DNA of 64,000 bases from Octopus bimaculoides (lineage: Eukaryota). Shown piece by piece: positions 1-13,269 of this stretch. The notes below the pieces were generated by a model. That model had not been told where the DNA came from. It saw only the letters and a list, made by a program, of their open reading frames with translations, and did not search any database. The translations under genes were made by a program, and so were the position numbers. The DNA lies in contig NC_068996.1 of NCBI RefSeq assembly GCF_001194135.2, positions 18,114,672 through 18,178,671 of the forward strand, written 5' to 3'. The number at the start of each line of letters is the position of its first letter. The stretch's first letter is position 1.

Positions 1-446
1 AGCAACAAAAAGAACAACCAGTTGTAAAACACTGTCCTGAGTAATCAAAGAAATATGTCTGTGCATATATGTGTGCATGTGCACATATACATGCAATGTA
101 AGTTGATGGCTTGTATTCTGTGTTTTTATAGCATCCCCCCTCCCTGCTTCATTCTTGTAACTAATGTACTTACATGATATTAGCAACTTAATTTTAGATT
201 AATTCCACACGCTATTACCACAATCTGTAAATTGCAATAATTTCAAAGCAGAAATCATATAAAATTTTTTTAATAGTAAGTTTCTTTTGTGTCAGTCTTG
301 CTTATTATTTTTTTTTGTATTTGTTTAGCAGTACTTTTTTTTTTTTAAATTGTTCTTTTAAACAGTTTTTTTAATTGTAATGTATAATTTACTCATTTTT
401 TGTATGGTGGTAATTTAGTATTTTAATTATATAATATTTAATTCAG

Positions 447-624
447 GTGAAAGTAGCCGTCCCTTTCTTGTTGAAGCATACTTTACGTGAATATCAGCAC
501 GTTGGTCTAGATTGGTTGGCCACGATGCATGAAAAGAAACTCAATGGAATTTTAGCCGATGAAATGGGTTTGGGTAAAACTATTCAAACTATTGCCTTGT
601 TGGCTCATTTAGCTTGTGAAAAGG
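447..624 (+). CDS. dom: domino/SRCAP/EP400 exon: SNF2 ATPase N-lobe, Q motif and Walker A ([12 protein letters not shown]...[16 protein letters not shown]). First exon visible; gene starts upstream of the window.
   Basis: ttcag acceptor at 446; G|gtaatt donor at 625; SWR1-family motif I. Confidence 0.97.
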
Positions 625-743
625 GTAATTATTTTAATATCCATTTGAAATTACGTAATCTAATTTATTATTTGAAATTAAAAGCTTTTGAAATGCACTT
701 AGTTGTTTGAGCTGATTCTTGTTATTTGTTACTGTTCTATTAG

Positions 744-880
744 GTATTTGGGGTCCGCATTTAATTGTGGTACCAACTAGTGTAATGCTCAATTGGGAAA
801 TGGAGTTAAAGAAATGGTGTCCTGCCTTCAAAATCTTGACATATTATGGTAACCCAAAAGAAAGGAAAGCTAAGAGAACA
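744..880 (+). CDS. dom: domino exon: motif Ia (WGPHLIVVPTSVMLNWEMELKKWCPAFKILTYYG)
   Basis: tag acceptor, gtgagt donor; phase 1 in, phase 0 out. Confidence 0.97.
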
Positions 881-981
881 GTGAGTTAAACAATCTATTG
901 AATATTTCATTCTTTATATACATTTTAACAATTTATTTGAACAAGATCTTGCAATTTTCAAAAATGTCACTTTTTTTTTAG

Positions 982-1092
982 GGTTGGACCAAAACAAATG
1001 CGTTCCATGTTTGTATTACGTCCTATAAACTAGTTATTCAAGACCATCAAGCCTTTAGGAGGAAAAAATGGAAGTATTTCATTTTAGATGAA
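982..1092 (+). CDS. dom: domino exon: GWTKTNAFHVCITSYKLV...WKYFILDE (Walker B, DE of DEAQ)
   Basis: Poly-T/ag acceptor, gtaagt donor; 37 codons. Confidence 0.97.
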
Positions 1093-1253
1093 GTAAGTAT
1101 TGATTTGCAGTTATTTTGATTTATTTAACCCTCTAGTATTTAATCCAGTAATATTTAGCCTTAATATGTTAAAACTGACCAAATCCAACCTCTTGCACCT
1201 TCTATTCAATATCATTCTGAAAATATGCAAACACATCATAGAAATCTTGCATA

Positions 1254-1634
1254 GGCGTAGGAGTGGCTGTGTGGTAAGTAGCTTGCTTACCAACCACATG
1301 GTCACGGGTTCAGTCCCACTGCGTGGCATCTTGGGCAAGTGTCTTCTACTATAGCCTCGGGCCGACCAAAGCCTTGTGAGTGGATTTGGTAGACGGAAAC
1401 TGAAAGAAGCCTGTCGTATATATGTATATATATATATATGTATGTGTTTGTCCCCCCAACATCGCTTGACAACCGATGCTGGTGTGATTATGTCCCCGTA
1501 ACTTAGCGGTTCGGCAAAAGAGACCGATAGAATAAGTACTAGGCTTCCAAAGAATAAGTCCTGGGGTCGATTTGCTTGACTAAAGGCGGTGCTCCAGCAT
1601 GGCCACAGTCGAAAGACTGAAACGAGTAAAAGAG
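1254..1634 (+). mobile_element. tRNA-derived SINE (octopus OR-type by recall), near full length
   Basis: A-box-like TGGCTGTGTGG, B-box GGTTCAGTCCC, central core, internal (TA)n; 3' half recurs at about 45983-46150. Confidence 0.85.
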
Positions 1635-1961
1635 ATTAATTCAAACCCTTTGTATTACATAAGTAATATATTTGACAAAGAAATCTGAAAGCTAAAGGGT
1701 TAATATTGCAAGTGGGTTGTTGAATCATAAGTTAAAGAAGCTGTGTATACCAGTCTCAAAGAAGTGTTCATTTATTGTTCTAAAATTTTAATTTTTTAGG
1801 ACACAGAATTGTCTGAAATCATAAACTTGTAATTAAGATAAAGGCAGTTATGAGTTGTATAGTTACTAAACTGCTATAGTGCTGAATATTTTTTTTTTTT
1901 CTCCCTTAAATAATTGCTTGATTGCTACTAAATGAAATCCACTGTTTCTCTGAATTTTCAG

Positions 1962-2213
1962 GCTCAAAATATAAAAAATTTCAAGTCTCAACGTTGGCAG
2001 ACACTTTTAAATTTTCAAAGTCAACGCCGATTATTATTAACTGGAACTCCGCTTCAAAACAGTTTAATGGAACTTTGGTCATTGATGCACTTTTTGATGC
2101 CAAATGTGTTTTCTTCGCATAAGGACTTCAAAGAATGGTTTGCTAATCCATTGTCAGGTATGATAGAGGGAAGCCATGAATACAATGACAATCTCATCAA
2201 ACGTTTGCATAAA
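1962..2213 (+). CDS. dom: domino exon: AQNIKNFKSQRWQ...RRLLLTGTPLQNSLMELWSLMHFLMP (motif III)
   Basis: ttcag acceptor, gtgagt donor; 84 codons. Confidence 0.97.
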
Positions 2214-3035
2214 GTGAGTATGATTTATATATATATATCTTATTTCAGTGTTTTGTTTTGTTTTGTTTTTTTAATTCAGTTGCTCTGGACTGTATTGCTG
2301 GCATTCACAGAAACATATTGGCATAAAAATAATAAAGCAAATGTGTTTTCAGTTAGAAAAATACAAGTATGGGGTATTTTCTCTGTGCTGCACTCAAAAC
2401 TTGCTTCTTTTGCCTTAGTCTCAATTTATCCAATACTTACCTTGTCAGTAGAATTTAATAGACAAAACAAGACAAACCTGTCGTGCGTGTGTGTTAAAGT
2501 ATATGCCAGACTGTTAAAGGTTCTTTACAGATGGAGTCAAAATACTGTTGTTCAGTTTTATAGTTGACTGAGTTTGAAGTTTCACTGCTGCTGATTTATA
2601 TGAAAATTTATTAGGACTTGGTTTTATTATACAGTAATTAAGGTGAGAAACAGTAGTTTGATTGGGAAAGCCTGGATATTTGAACCCACGTGGTGGGAGG
2701 AGTCTTTGAAAAGTGAAGGCAGTACGTTCAGATTATTACAGAATTAGAAGGCATCAGTGTGGGGAGTTATTCATATAGAAATATTTCTTAAAATATGCTT
2801 TATGGTAGCTATTTGAAACAAAACCAAAGAGACAAAAGACGAAATCAGCAGCATATACAAGAAATAAAAGACACATAGTTTGCAGATGAAGCAGTTCAAA
2901 GTAATGAATTGTTATAAGTTTGACTTACTACTGGAAATGAAACTTATTTTAATTGAATTTTTGTTTTATATTTTTTCAGTCTCAGAGCACTAGATTCATT
3001 CGTTTATGAGAAATCTACTTTTTCTTTTAATGCAG

Positions 3036-3172
3036 GTCTTGCGTCCATTTTTGTTGCGGCGCCTCAAAGACGATGTTGAGAAACAAATGCCTAAGAAGTA
3101 TGAACATGTTGTTATGTGTCGCCTTTCGAAAAGACAGAGATTTCTCTATGATGAATTCATGTCTCAAACAAA
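3036..3172 (+). CDS. dom: domino exon: [42 protein letters not shown]
   Basis: Hand-translated (not in the ORF track); tgcag acceptor, gtaagt donor; phase 2 out. Confidence 0.97.
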
Positions 3173-4329
3173 GTAAGTTAATGTAATTTTACAGACATTC
3201 CACTCACCCTATGAGATTTTACAAGCCTACAAATTTTGCCATTGCATGGAATTCTGTAACCCAAAACCTATTTTCCCTTTGATTTTGATGTTGTAAATTG
3301 AAATGCATTCCATTGTGAATTGAAGTGGAGAGAAATGAGGAAATAACCTGTTTATTCATGTGTATGACAGTTTATAAACACATGGTGTGTATGTATATAT
3401 TAAAAAAAAAATGTTTAGGAAGGAATGTAGCTGCTTGTGCATTTGTCCTAATTTTGCTTTTTAACGTCTGATAGTGTTCTCACTGTGGTTGTAGCAAGCT
3501 TTAAATGTGTTTTGTAATGTAGCTGAATTTTTCTCCTCATCAGACCTTCGTAAAACACTGTTTAATATCCATTGAATCCTTATATGATTACTGGCAGCAC
3601 TACTGCTTTCACTTCTACTTAGTGGCCTCTTATGAGTTACATTGAATAAAGGTAATAATATACTATGTAGTCAGTTTTAAAATCCAAGTGTAGCAATGAT
3701 AGACTAGAAATCATGCTATTAGAATCAGAAAAGTAGTAATGTTCTGTTTGAGTGTGAATTAATGATCTTATTATTGCTTGCAAGAAGAGATATGGAAAAA
3801 GGAACAAAATTTAAAGAATTCAGTTGATAGGTTTTAAGCCACAAAAGAGCAGGGAGTAGAGAGGAAAAAAAAAATGAGTGACCAGATGTATGAAATTATT
3901 ATGCCAAATATATCTTGTGTGTATGTGTGTATATATACACACACGTAAAAAGAGAGAGAGACTGTAATTTTACTTCTTAATATTTACCCAAGTTTCCCTT
4001 AGGATGGAATTACATGCTGTGTCATGCTTTACAGTTCCTGCTGAATTTTGTGTCCAGAGTTTCAATGACACAGCAGGATACTATTATTTTATCTTTGTTC
4101 TTGTGAGGTTGGGTTTATGTCCATTGGGCTGTTGTGAGAGTTATGTTGTTAATTAAGTTTGAATTGTTAGAATACTTAGAACGATAATGTTACTTTGTAG
4201 ACTATATACTTAGAGAACATTAATCAATAGAATATTTGCTGAGTTTGTGATTGAGAGAATGAGTAATGGTAAGAAAGAAAGGAATTTATTTTGCTTTTAT
4301 TTTAATCCAAAATTTATTGCTAATTTCAG

Positions 4330-4516
4330 AACCAAAGAAACATTAGCTTCTGGTCACTTCATGAGTGTCATCAATGTGCTAATGCAGCTCAGGAAAGTAT
4401 GCAATCATCCAAATCTCTTTGACCCACGGCCAATTGTCTCACCATTTCAAATGCAGGGTTTAGTATATTCAACTGCATCCCAAGTTGTCAATGCTTTAGA
4501 AACTGGACCGTTTGAT
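4330..4516 (+). CDS. dom: domino exon: TKETLASGHFMSVINVLMQLRKVCNHPNLFDPRPIVSPF
   Basis: ttcag acceptor, gtgagt donor; conserved QLRKVCNHP. Confidence 0.97.
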
Positions 4517-4656
4517 GTGAGTAACTTTTTTGCATTTTCATGTTTTCTAAAAGTGTGAAACTAACCTTTATAAACTATAGCACTAAAAACTAAAAATATT
4601 TCTTCAAATTGCATTTGGTACTAAGTTTTTATTTTTTGTTTTTACTCTATTGACAG

Positions 4657-4857
4657 AGTATTGACTTACGATTATTGTATCCAAGTCTTTGTGACATGGA
4701 ATATGACTTGCCAAAATTTATTTCCGAGAGAGTCAAGAAGACACAGACACCCCGGCATTTGATAATGGAAATTGATAGTCAACCAGATCCACCTCCACGT
4801 CCCAAACCTGCCAAATTAAAAACTTCACATCTTCGTAGTTCTTCTCCTTTTGTCCAG
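4657..4857 (+). CDS. dom: domino exon: start of the split-ATPase insertion (SIDLRLLYPSL...PDPPPRPKP)
   Basis: gacag acceptor, CAG|gtaaat donor; 67 codons. Confidence 0.93.
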
Positions 4858-4995
4858 GTAAATTTTTTTTAAAAATAATTTATGCAGACTTGAAAAATGT
4901 GTTGTTCTTTATACATACCAAGAAAATAAACTAATTTTACTTCATTAATTGTTAGTATTATTAAAATAATGTCAATTTTTATTTTTTTCTAATAG

Positions 4996-5143
4996 TCCGG
5001 AAGAGCTTCTCCTGTCAGCCAAAGTACATCTACAGCCCCAGGTACCACCACAACTATAGTTACAGCTAAGCCTAACATAGTGAAACCTGTGGTAGCAACA
5101 CATCAGTCCACCACTGCCACAGTCTCTACTGGTACATCAACAC
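4996..5143 (+). CDS. dom: domino exon: S/T-rich insertion (SGRASPVSQSTSTAPGTTTTIVTAKP...)
   Basis: aatag acceptor, gtaagg donor; open frame; phase 0 to 1. Confidence 0.85.
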
Positions 5144-6060
5144 GTAAGGCATTTTTCTGTTACCTTTCAATATTTGAATATTTTAATAGTAAAACTTTCA
5201 CAAAAGAGTTATTCAAACATTCTCTTTTGTTGGAAAAGAATATTTGCCATTGAAAGTTTACATATATGTGTTGGCATTTTTAAACTGTTTCTACAATATC
5301 CAAAGCAAATTTAAGAATATAAATGGGAGAACTACAAACTTGGTTTAAATATGGGAATGCTTAATTACCATATAATTCTTTTATTTACTGGATGATAATA
5401 ACGATATCAGTGAGCTGGTTTATCTTTTCTGTGTCAAAGTGAGGGTTATTTTTAATATCATTTTTAAATATTAGCAAGTTCATTCATAATTAATTCAATT
5501 ATGATATTAAAAAAATAGTTATATTGTATAGTTATATATATCTTTATCATTGATACCATTTAACATCTATTTTCCTTGGTGGCATGAGCTGAACAATTTA
5601 ACAGGATCCAATAAGTTTGAGGACTGCATTGTGCTTTGTGTCAGCCTGGGCTCAGTTTCTACAGCTGGATGCCCTTAATGTCAACCACTGTACAATGTAC
5701 TGGTTGCTGTTTTTTTTTTTGTTTTTCATTGCACCATCACTAGTGATATGACTATGCAGTTGGCAAAACTAAGGGAAAAAGGGGGAGAGAGTGAAAATGT
5801 GATGTTCTTGGCAGGCTGGGGTAAGAGAGGATAGATTTATAGTTAGGAGGGGTGTGTAAAGTAGACAGAGCAACAGAGTAGACACTATTGCAGTAGGGAA
5901 TATGAAAGGGACAGGAGATGAGGGATTAGTTTTGGGTCAGTGAAAAAGAGAAACATTGGATAAGTGTGATAAGGTGGGTTCTGTGAATGTAAATGGAAGG
6001 TGTGAAAGAAAGGGTAGGAGAGGTGAGAATCTGGAAAGAGTCATTGAAGGAAATATATTT

Positions 6061-6096
<36 letters not shown>

Positions 6097-6098
6097 AG

Positions 6099-6311
6099 CT
6101 TCAATGCCTATTCGAATTGGATTAGTTCCTCAGCACCAAATTGCGCAACAAATACGGACTACTCTTCCACATCAACAGTCTCAAAGCTTAGTTCCCGGAA
6201 CAACCTCTTCAATTGCTGCTGTTGTTCTATCATCTGCTAGTGTAGGGACATCACGACCGACGTTACCACAACCTAGTATTGCCACCATTCAAACAAAGGT
6301 TTTACCACATG
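6099..6311 (+). CDS. dom: domino exon: low-complexity insertion (SMPIRIGLVPQHQIAQQ...)
   Basis: Long poly-T tract plus ag, gtaagg donor; 213 nt, phase 1-1. Confidence 0.85.
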
Positions 6312-6467
6312 GTAAGGTCCAATAAGGATTTTCTCATTTTTCTCTTCAGTACAAATGTTCCTTTTCTTCCCCATTATTGTTGCAAATGCATATAATATTG
6401 TATCATCTTTATCAAAACTAAATTGCATTTGCTCACTTGGTAAATTTACTGTGCAATTATCTTACAG

Positions 6468-6617
6468 GTGCACTACATACATCAGGTACTGCTGCAGTTT
6501 CTACAACTTCATCTTCCACACCTGTTCTTTCTTCTCAACCCATAACTGTTCAAATACAACAAACTGATCAGGGAACACGACTCATGATTCCAACAGGCCA
6601 GCTTTCACAATTTTCTA
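6468..6617 (+). CDS. dom: domino exon: low-complexity insertion (ALHTSGTAAVSTT...QLSQFS)
   Basis: tacag acceptor, gtaaat donor; 150 nt, phase 1-1. Confidence 0.83.
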
Positions 6618-7054
6618 GTAAATATCCACACCATTCATATTTCTTTTGGTTGATTTAAGAAATGTCATCATTTTATGAGTTTTATAAATTATATTTTTTG
6701 TACAAGAATGTTCATTGTATAAAAGGATAAATGTTTATTCCACGTACTAATATAGGATAAATATTCAATAATGTTATCTATGATGAGAGGTCTTCAGGAG
6801 TAAGTGATCAGTTCTACTTCTGTGGAGTGGGAGGAACTTTTGTGATATTAACTCTTTCTCAACAGCATAGAAATAGTTAGTCACTTGCAGTTTTGCTGAA
6901 GTTTACCGTCTGAGTTTTCATGTTAATTATGCAATGTTGAGTGAGTTTTGTAACTTATTGTTGAATTACAAAGAAAGATATGTTATATTCACGTTTAATG
7001 AACTTAGATACTTAAATCTGTTGTCTGGTGAAGATAATGTTCTCTTCTTTTCAG

Positions 7055-7174
7055 CTGGATTCATTCAGATTATTCAAACTTCTGGGCAGCAATTTATTGC
7101 TGCTTCTACACCACCTGTTCAGTCTGTGATTCCTGTGCAAACTGTAACTAGTACATGTTCTGCAGTACCTGTTG
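7055..7174 (+). CDS. dom: domino exon: low-complexity insertion (GFIQIIQTSGQQFIAAST...)
   Basis: ttttcag acceptor, gtaaga donor; 120 nt, phase 1-1. Confidence 0.85.
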
Positions 7175-7926
7175 GTAAGATATTTTTCTATTTCAAATTT
7201 ATCATGTTGTTGTGTACAGCATGTTAAATGCTTATTTTGAATAAGAAATTGTACTGTTCTATCTATGCTATCAGTATAGAAAGAGAAAATGTTAACACTC
7301 TAGCTTTTTATTTTGCTGACTATAAAGGTATTGAAAAGCCATTTATGTAGTAAAAGTATTAATCAAAATTTTGTTTTTTGTGATTGGTTTGCAAAGTTCT
7401 TGATGTGAATCTGTCTTAAAACAAATCTTGTCTTGAAAGACACACACACTAGTCAGTCACTTGGTTAAATATCTAACTAACTAACTCTTCATTTACTCTC
7501 ACCCTTACCTCCTAAGCAAACATCCATCCATGTACTCAAACCTATATACACACATACAAGCATACATACACACCAGCATAAGACCAATTCTCAAACACTC
7601 TGAGCAGACCTTGTAAAGAGAAGGCAAGTCACTGAGAAGTTTGTGAATAGTGACGAAAGGATTTGGCAAGCAAACAACTGATTGATTGCTTAACCAGCAC
7701 ATTAAATAAAGGATTAGTTTGTTCGTTGGCTAAGTATTTGAACATTTGACTTACAATGAAGAATTTCTATTGAGCCAGTACATGTTATTATCGATGTAAC
7801 AACCCTCACAAGACAAGAGTTGTTAAAAAAAATATTCAGTTGAAAAATAGTTGTTAATGATTTTGATTGTGACAAGTGTAGAGGAGATGATAAAATTCAA
7901 ATGTTCTGTTTTTCTTCTCTTCACAG

Positions 7927-8298
7927 TGAATGGTCCTGGTCTAGTATCTAATTTATCATCCACTACCTCTGTTGCTAGCAGTAGTAGCAGTGCATCTGTT
8001 GTTTCAGTTCCTGCAGTGCTCAAGACTATTCCAACAGTCAATTTGCCTATTACAACAGCTGCTGCTACGGCTGGTAAACCTGTAATGAAAGTGCAACCTT
8101 TGTCTACAGAGCTTCCATCAACTATGCATTACCAATCACAGCAGAAACAAATTAGTCTAACAACAAGTCAGTCTAAACCAACTCCTATAATATTGGCTAC
8201 TGCTGCTGCAGCTGTGACCAGTACGAAGACTACAACTGCTGCACCACAATCGACACCTGCTGCTGCAACCATTTCTACAACCCTTGTGCAGACAATAG
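7927..8298 (+). CDS. dom: domino exon: S/T/A/P-rich insertion (NGPGLVSNLSSTTSV...TLVQTI)
   Basis: tcacag acceptor, gtaaaa donor; 372 nt, phase 1-1. Confidence 0.85.
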
Positions 8299-8477
8299 GT
8301 AAAAATGAAATTATTTTATATGCCTGTTTCATCTTGATATTGAATGTTAAGGAATTTGTTAATTCTATGTTTAGTAGTTTTCTTTTTTTATTGAAGATGG
8401 AATTATTGTATAGTTTGTGAATCTGCAAACTCTTTTGATGTTAGCACTTTTCTTCCTATCATATGCAACTACCTGCT

Positions 8478-8700
8478 TTAACTCTTTAGCATTCAGCTTA
8501 TTCTATCAGATGTTTTGCTGATTTATTCATAGTTTTGAATTAATCATACATTATCTTATAGCTTTCAGATTTCAATGAGCTAGCTGTTAATTTTTAGAAT
8601 GATGTAGGATTGTTGTAAAAGGTCAGGTCTGGCCAGTTTGAGCAAAAAACAGGTAGAATATTTTGGTCAGATATGGCCATTTTAAATATGAAAGGGTTAA
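8478..8700. mobile_element. piggyBac-like MITE family A copy
   Basis: ttaactctttagcattcag...aaagggttaa. Confidence 0.8.
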
Positions 8701-10193
8701 AAAATGAAATTTAGCGCTTCCATCAAAATTTCATGCAAGTTCCTTTGTTTCAAACTCCAGCTTAACCCTCTTGATACCTACCTGCCTTAGACCATCCTTG
8801 GTTCTATGATTCCAGTTTTAAAATGGTCTAAAAACATTCCATCAAAATTTCGTGTTCCAAACACCAATTTAATAATGACATAGTTATTGTATGAAATAGA
8901 AATATGATAATAATATGGTTAATATTGACAAAATTGTTTCACTTCATAAATAACTTCAAATTATAAGCTTTCCAAAATATAAGATTCTATGTTTTATTGG
9001 ACAATGCAATGTTTAGTTCATTTATGAACAATAAAACAATGATTTGTTTTGCAAAATGCATTTCAGTAGAATTAAGTTTATCAAACACTGATGTTTTTGG
9101 AGCACATCATAATTCCATTTTCGTTCTTGGAACTTTACTGCTACTTTAATTAAATATTACTGTACATTATAGAATTTTATTGCAGTCATTGTGTCCATTA
9201 GACACATAGAGGCATGAGAAACTGAAGATTGGGTGGTGTGAGTTGGGGTTTGAAATAGATTAATTGCTAATTTCATTTACTGTCAAATGAGAATATCATC
9301 TTTTCTGTTGGCTTGTGTTGAATACAACAATGGCTGCAACACTTATGCCATTAATTATAAGGTATTTGTTATCAATAAGGGATACTGCTCTTCACAGGAA
9401 TATTGTGGTTTCCGAAGCAGCATTAAGATTTGTGAAGTTTCTAGCCATTGTCTCTTGTTTGAGGAAGTCTAGGGGATGACTGATAATCTATTTTATCATT
9501 CATCATCAGAGTGATGAATAGCAAAATTGACTTCAATACATAAAGATCTAAAAGGGTTTGAACTAAATAGCACATTCAGCACAAATGATAATGCCATTCT
9601 GCTGTTGCATGTCATGATTATTCAATTTATCTTCCTGTTATGGATTATCTTTCCCTGTCTCAGTTTTGCGTCTAACTTCAGATTGCTGTAGTCTGTGTGG
9701 TTGAAGTATCATGCACTTTTTAGTCTTGTTCCCCTATACAGCCACTTCGTTGTTTTCTTTCACTTTATCAATTTTTGTTATATAAATCAAGGTCTGCAGC
9801 TTTTGCTGACAAATGATTTATCTTTCTGTGTGTTGTAGTTCATGTGCCAGAAATGTGATGTAAATCAGTACAAATAAGTAAGAGAGACTGGAGAGTTGAA
9901 TAAATTACTTGAATGTAAAAAAAACACTATGGCTACAAGATAATTGACAACAGAGTATTTGTTTATTACAGATGAGTAATTTATACAGATATCATATGGC
10001 TGTGTATTCCATATGATACAGATATCATATGGCTGTGTATGTTTTCTTGGGATGATAGGACAGTTCAGAACTTTTTTGTTTTTAGTACTATGAAATGTGG
10101 CTTAAAGAGAAAATCTTCCTACAACACGAAAAACATGGTTGCTAATGAATTGTTACTTTCACATTTTTCTTTATTTTATTTTGGTTATTATAG

Positions 10194-10312
10194 GTAGAAC
10201 ATCTCTGCAAGGTCAAACAAGCATTTCACTTACCTCAGCAAGTGGATTTGCTAATACCAAACTTGTTGCTGCAAAAGCAGTTGTCCAACAACCAAAGTCT
10301 GAATTCTTCTTA
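10194..10312 (+). CDS. dom: domino exon: RTSLQGQTSISLT...QQPKSEFFL
   Basis: tatag acceptor, gtaagt donor; phase 1 to 0. Confidence 0.88.
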
Positions 10313-11437
10313 GTAAGTTATATTTTATTTAAACCAGCTTTATTTAAACTTCCATTGTTTGTGTGTGTGTGCGCATGTTAAAGAGAAGAGATTGTTGGAA
10401 TTGAAAACAGCTATATTTCCCAGTGACTGCCAGTTTCATTTTACATTCTTTGAAGTGAACAAATGATAGGTTTAGTAGCTTACTAATAATTAGAATCTTC
10501 AAAGTGTATTAGTCTCACTCGGAAATGAGCATTGAAGCTATATTATCCTGATAGAAACTTAAATTGCTTTCAATCAAGGCTAATTTTCTTCTTGATAGTT
10601 TTTGTTTCCTTCAGTTACTTTTCTTTGTTTTTGTAATAGTTGATACTATTACTGTTGTACAAGTTTTTGAGTATGACCATCTGCCTGAATGAGTGTGTAA
10701 CATTTCCAGCATCTTTGAAATTAATCCATCACGTTATGTTGCTTTCTCTGCCTTGATATCCTAAATTGTGTTTTTAGCTGATAGCTACTAGTAAGTAGAC
10801 CCTCTCCCCTCATGCATATTTTACATTCAACAGTACCTCATAATAGCATTTTTGTGCTTCTCTTTTTTAAGTATCAATAAGGGCAGATGCACTGCTAGTA
10901 TTCTAAACACACTTCTTACATCTTGATTCATGCTAGCATGTTTTCTTGCAATCCAGAATACTCCATTTCTCTGATCCTCATGTTAGAGAACATCAGTAGA
11001 AACTATTATGCTTAGTTTCTCTGCAGCATCTCTACCTGATATTGTTTCTTATGCCATCCCATTGCCTTTCTTTTAGTCTTTCTAGGCCTGTCTCAGCTTT
11101 TCTGACTCTATTTACTGTACCCATTCTACAAGCATATCAAATTCCATCTGGCTGGAATCTTGCTACATCTGATAATCTTGATTATTGCTTGCAGCAGTGT
11201 GTGTCTGTATATGCGTATGTCTTGTTTCTTTATTTACATAGAATTTCTACTCTGTTATTTATATATAAAATATTTCATTAGCTAAAAAAATTTTTAATTT
11301 AAAACTTTCAAAATATCTTATTTAGTGTTTTCAACATATATTTCTGAAAGTTGTGAATGTTGTTTTTTTTTCTTTTCTTTTTTTACCTTTTTTATGATAG
11401 TGTTTTGACTATATTTTTGTTCTGATTTTTCCTCCAG

Positions 11438-11751
11438 GAATGTTTATATCAGAAACGGAAACAATGGAGAAAAGAGAAGTTGGATCATTTAGACCGAATA
11501 AATAAGAAACATTGTGATATGAATGTTATTTATGGGCAGGATTTATTGGAATCAGTAAATTTATTAAAAACCCCAGAAAAAGCTCTGTCAGTTAAAAATT
11601 TATGGCATGGCATTGGACACTTCCATTGTAAAAAAGTTCATCTTGATTATTCTTATTCTTGTAATTCATTATGGTCTCGGACAGCTGCATTAGAAAATAT
11701 GGTACATACTCCAGAAAAGTACCTTAATGAGCTGGCAGACATTCTATCAAG
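11438..11751 (+). CDS. dom: domino exon: ECLYQKRKQWRKEKLDHLDRINKKHC...IYGQDLL...ELADILS
   Basis: cctccag acceptor, AG|gtaagg donor; resembles the conserved end of the SWR1-family insertion. Confidence 0.92.
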
Positions 11752-13269
11752 GTAAGGACAAATTTAGAATAATCAGATTTGTTTTTTTACTTTTAATTTT
11801 TGTTTGATGTAGATGTTTGTAGCAATGCTTTAGTTAATTAAGTTTTATTAGAGAATTGTAGGAGTTGGAAATCAAAGCTTGATTTGTAACATTGGTGCCA
11901 CACCATAAATTTTATAGTGAATGAAAATAAATAATAGTACTTCTTGGACAGTAGATAATATTTCAAGTCATTTCTATTTGCCTGAATACTGTGGACATTG
12001 GTGTTTACCTCCTTAAAGTGCCAGCAGCACTAAAATTTTTTGGGATTCTCAGCTGTTGGAATGTGAGAGGCATGTGTATTGGCTGATTGAATCAATCCCA
12101 ATAGTTGACTTGTACTTTGTTATTTCTAGGAGGGGAAAGCAGAGTTGAACTTAGGTGAAAACCAAATATCATGCAACTTTTGAATGTTGGTTAATTTTTA
12201 TAGATATTTGGAAAAATAAAAGGTAGTCAATCATGGGGTCTCTGAACTGAGATGTAATAATGTATCAAAGAAACAATTATTCCAAGTGGAATATCTTGTT
12301 ACCCTCACCCTAAAAATAAAAAAAAATTAAGAGGATCTTAGATGTTGTAAAGAAGCTGGTAGACTGTCACTGGTTGTGATTTCAAATTTGCTACTGTTTC
12401 TGATCATATATTGATGTTGGGAATAACTATCAGATTGGTAACCTTGTCAGAACATTGTAGAACATCTACAGATGTTTTGTCCACTAGGTTATCAGAAGTT
12501 GTTTTCTGTTCACTGGTTGATGTTATTAATCAGCAATTTTTAAAATTTATTTCAAATGAAGAAGAGTCTATTTTAGAGATACATATTTTAAGATTTCTAC
12601 ATGTTTAAATGTTATTAGTTGGATTAAAGAGACTTGTTGAGTAAGTCTAGAAAAAGAAGAAAGGTAAACAAAATTGGAGTTCTACCTTATATTTCAGGGC
12701 TATGACTCCCTTCTTCAGGACACTTGCAAAAGCGAGAGATGGAAAAAGGTTGTTGCTCTAATGTGTAGGGAAGGGAGGTACCATACACAAACTGGTGCTG
12801 CTGTAGTAAACAGTCTGCTTTCCTGTAGTTCAATTCTGTTATTTATGGCTGGTCTCTGTTTGTTGGTAAGGAGGGACCGCTCATGATTTTGAGATTGCCC
12901 TGTTGTATTGAGTGGTCGTGATGGATACCTTGAATTAGTTAGGCTTCCATGGGTTGGGCTTTTTTTTTTAAACTGGTAAAATGCTCCTTTTACTATTAGA
13001 AATATACTTTTGACAGTGAGGCTAAATCAGCATCATTTTCTTCAAGTGCTACTGATATGCCTGAAGTACTGTTAGAAAAGAAAGTTTATGGTAAGCTCGA
13101 GAATTAAATGAAATCAAAACAAAAGTGCAATAAAATTTTGTACAACATAAAAGTGAGAGAATGTTACAAGAACTATATTGGTATTTGGAAAGAAGATATT
13201 GTTGGATACAAGAGGAAGAATTTTAAGTTTCTTAACATTTGGAAGACATTGATACATCATTATTATTTT

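Noticed and set aside
1254-1330. tRNA gene
   Set aside because: A and B boxes belong to a SINE head; no cloverleaf.
1100-1354. ORFs on both strands near 1.1-1.35 kb
   Set aside because: Run through intron and SINE sequence.
6780-6899. ATGATGA...CTGA as a C/D snoRNA
   Set aside because: No convincing terminal stem or guide; motifs expected by chance in AT-rich DNA.
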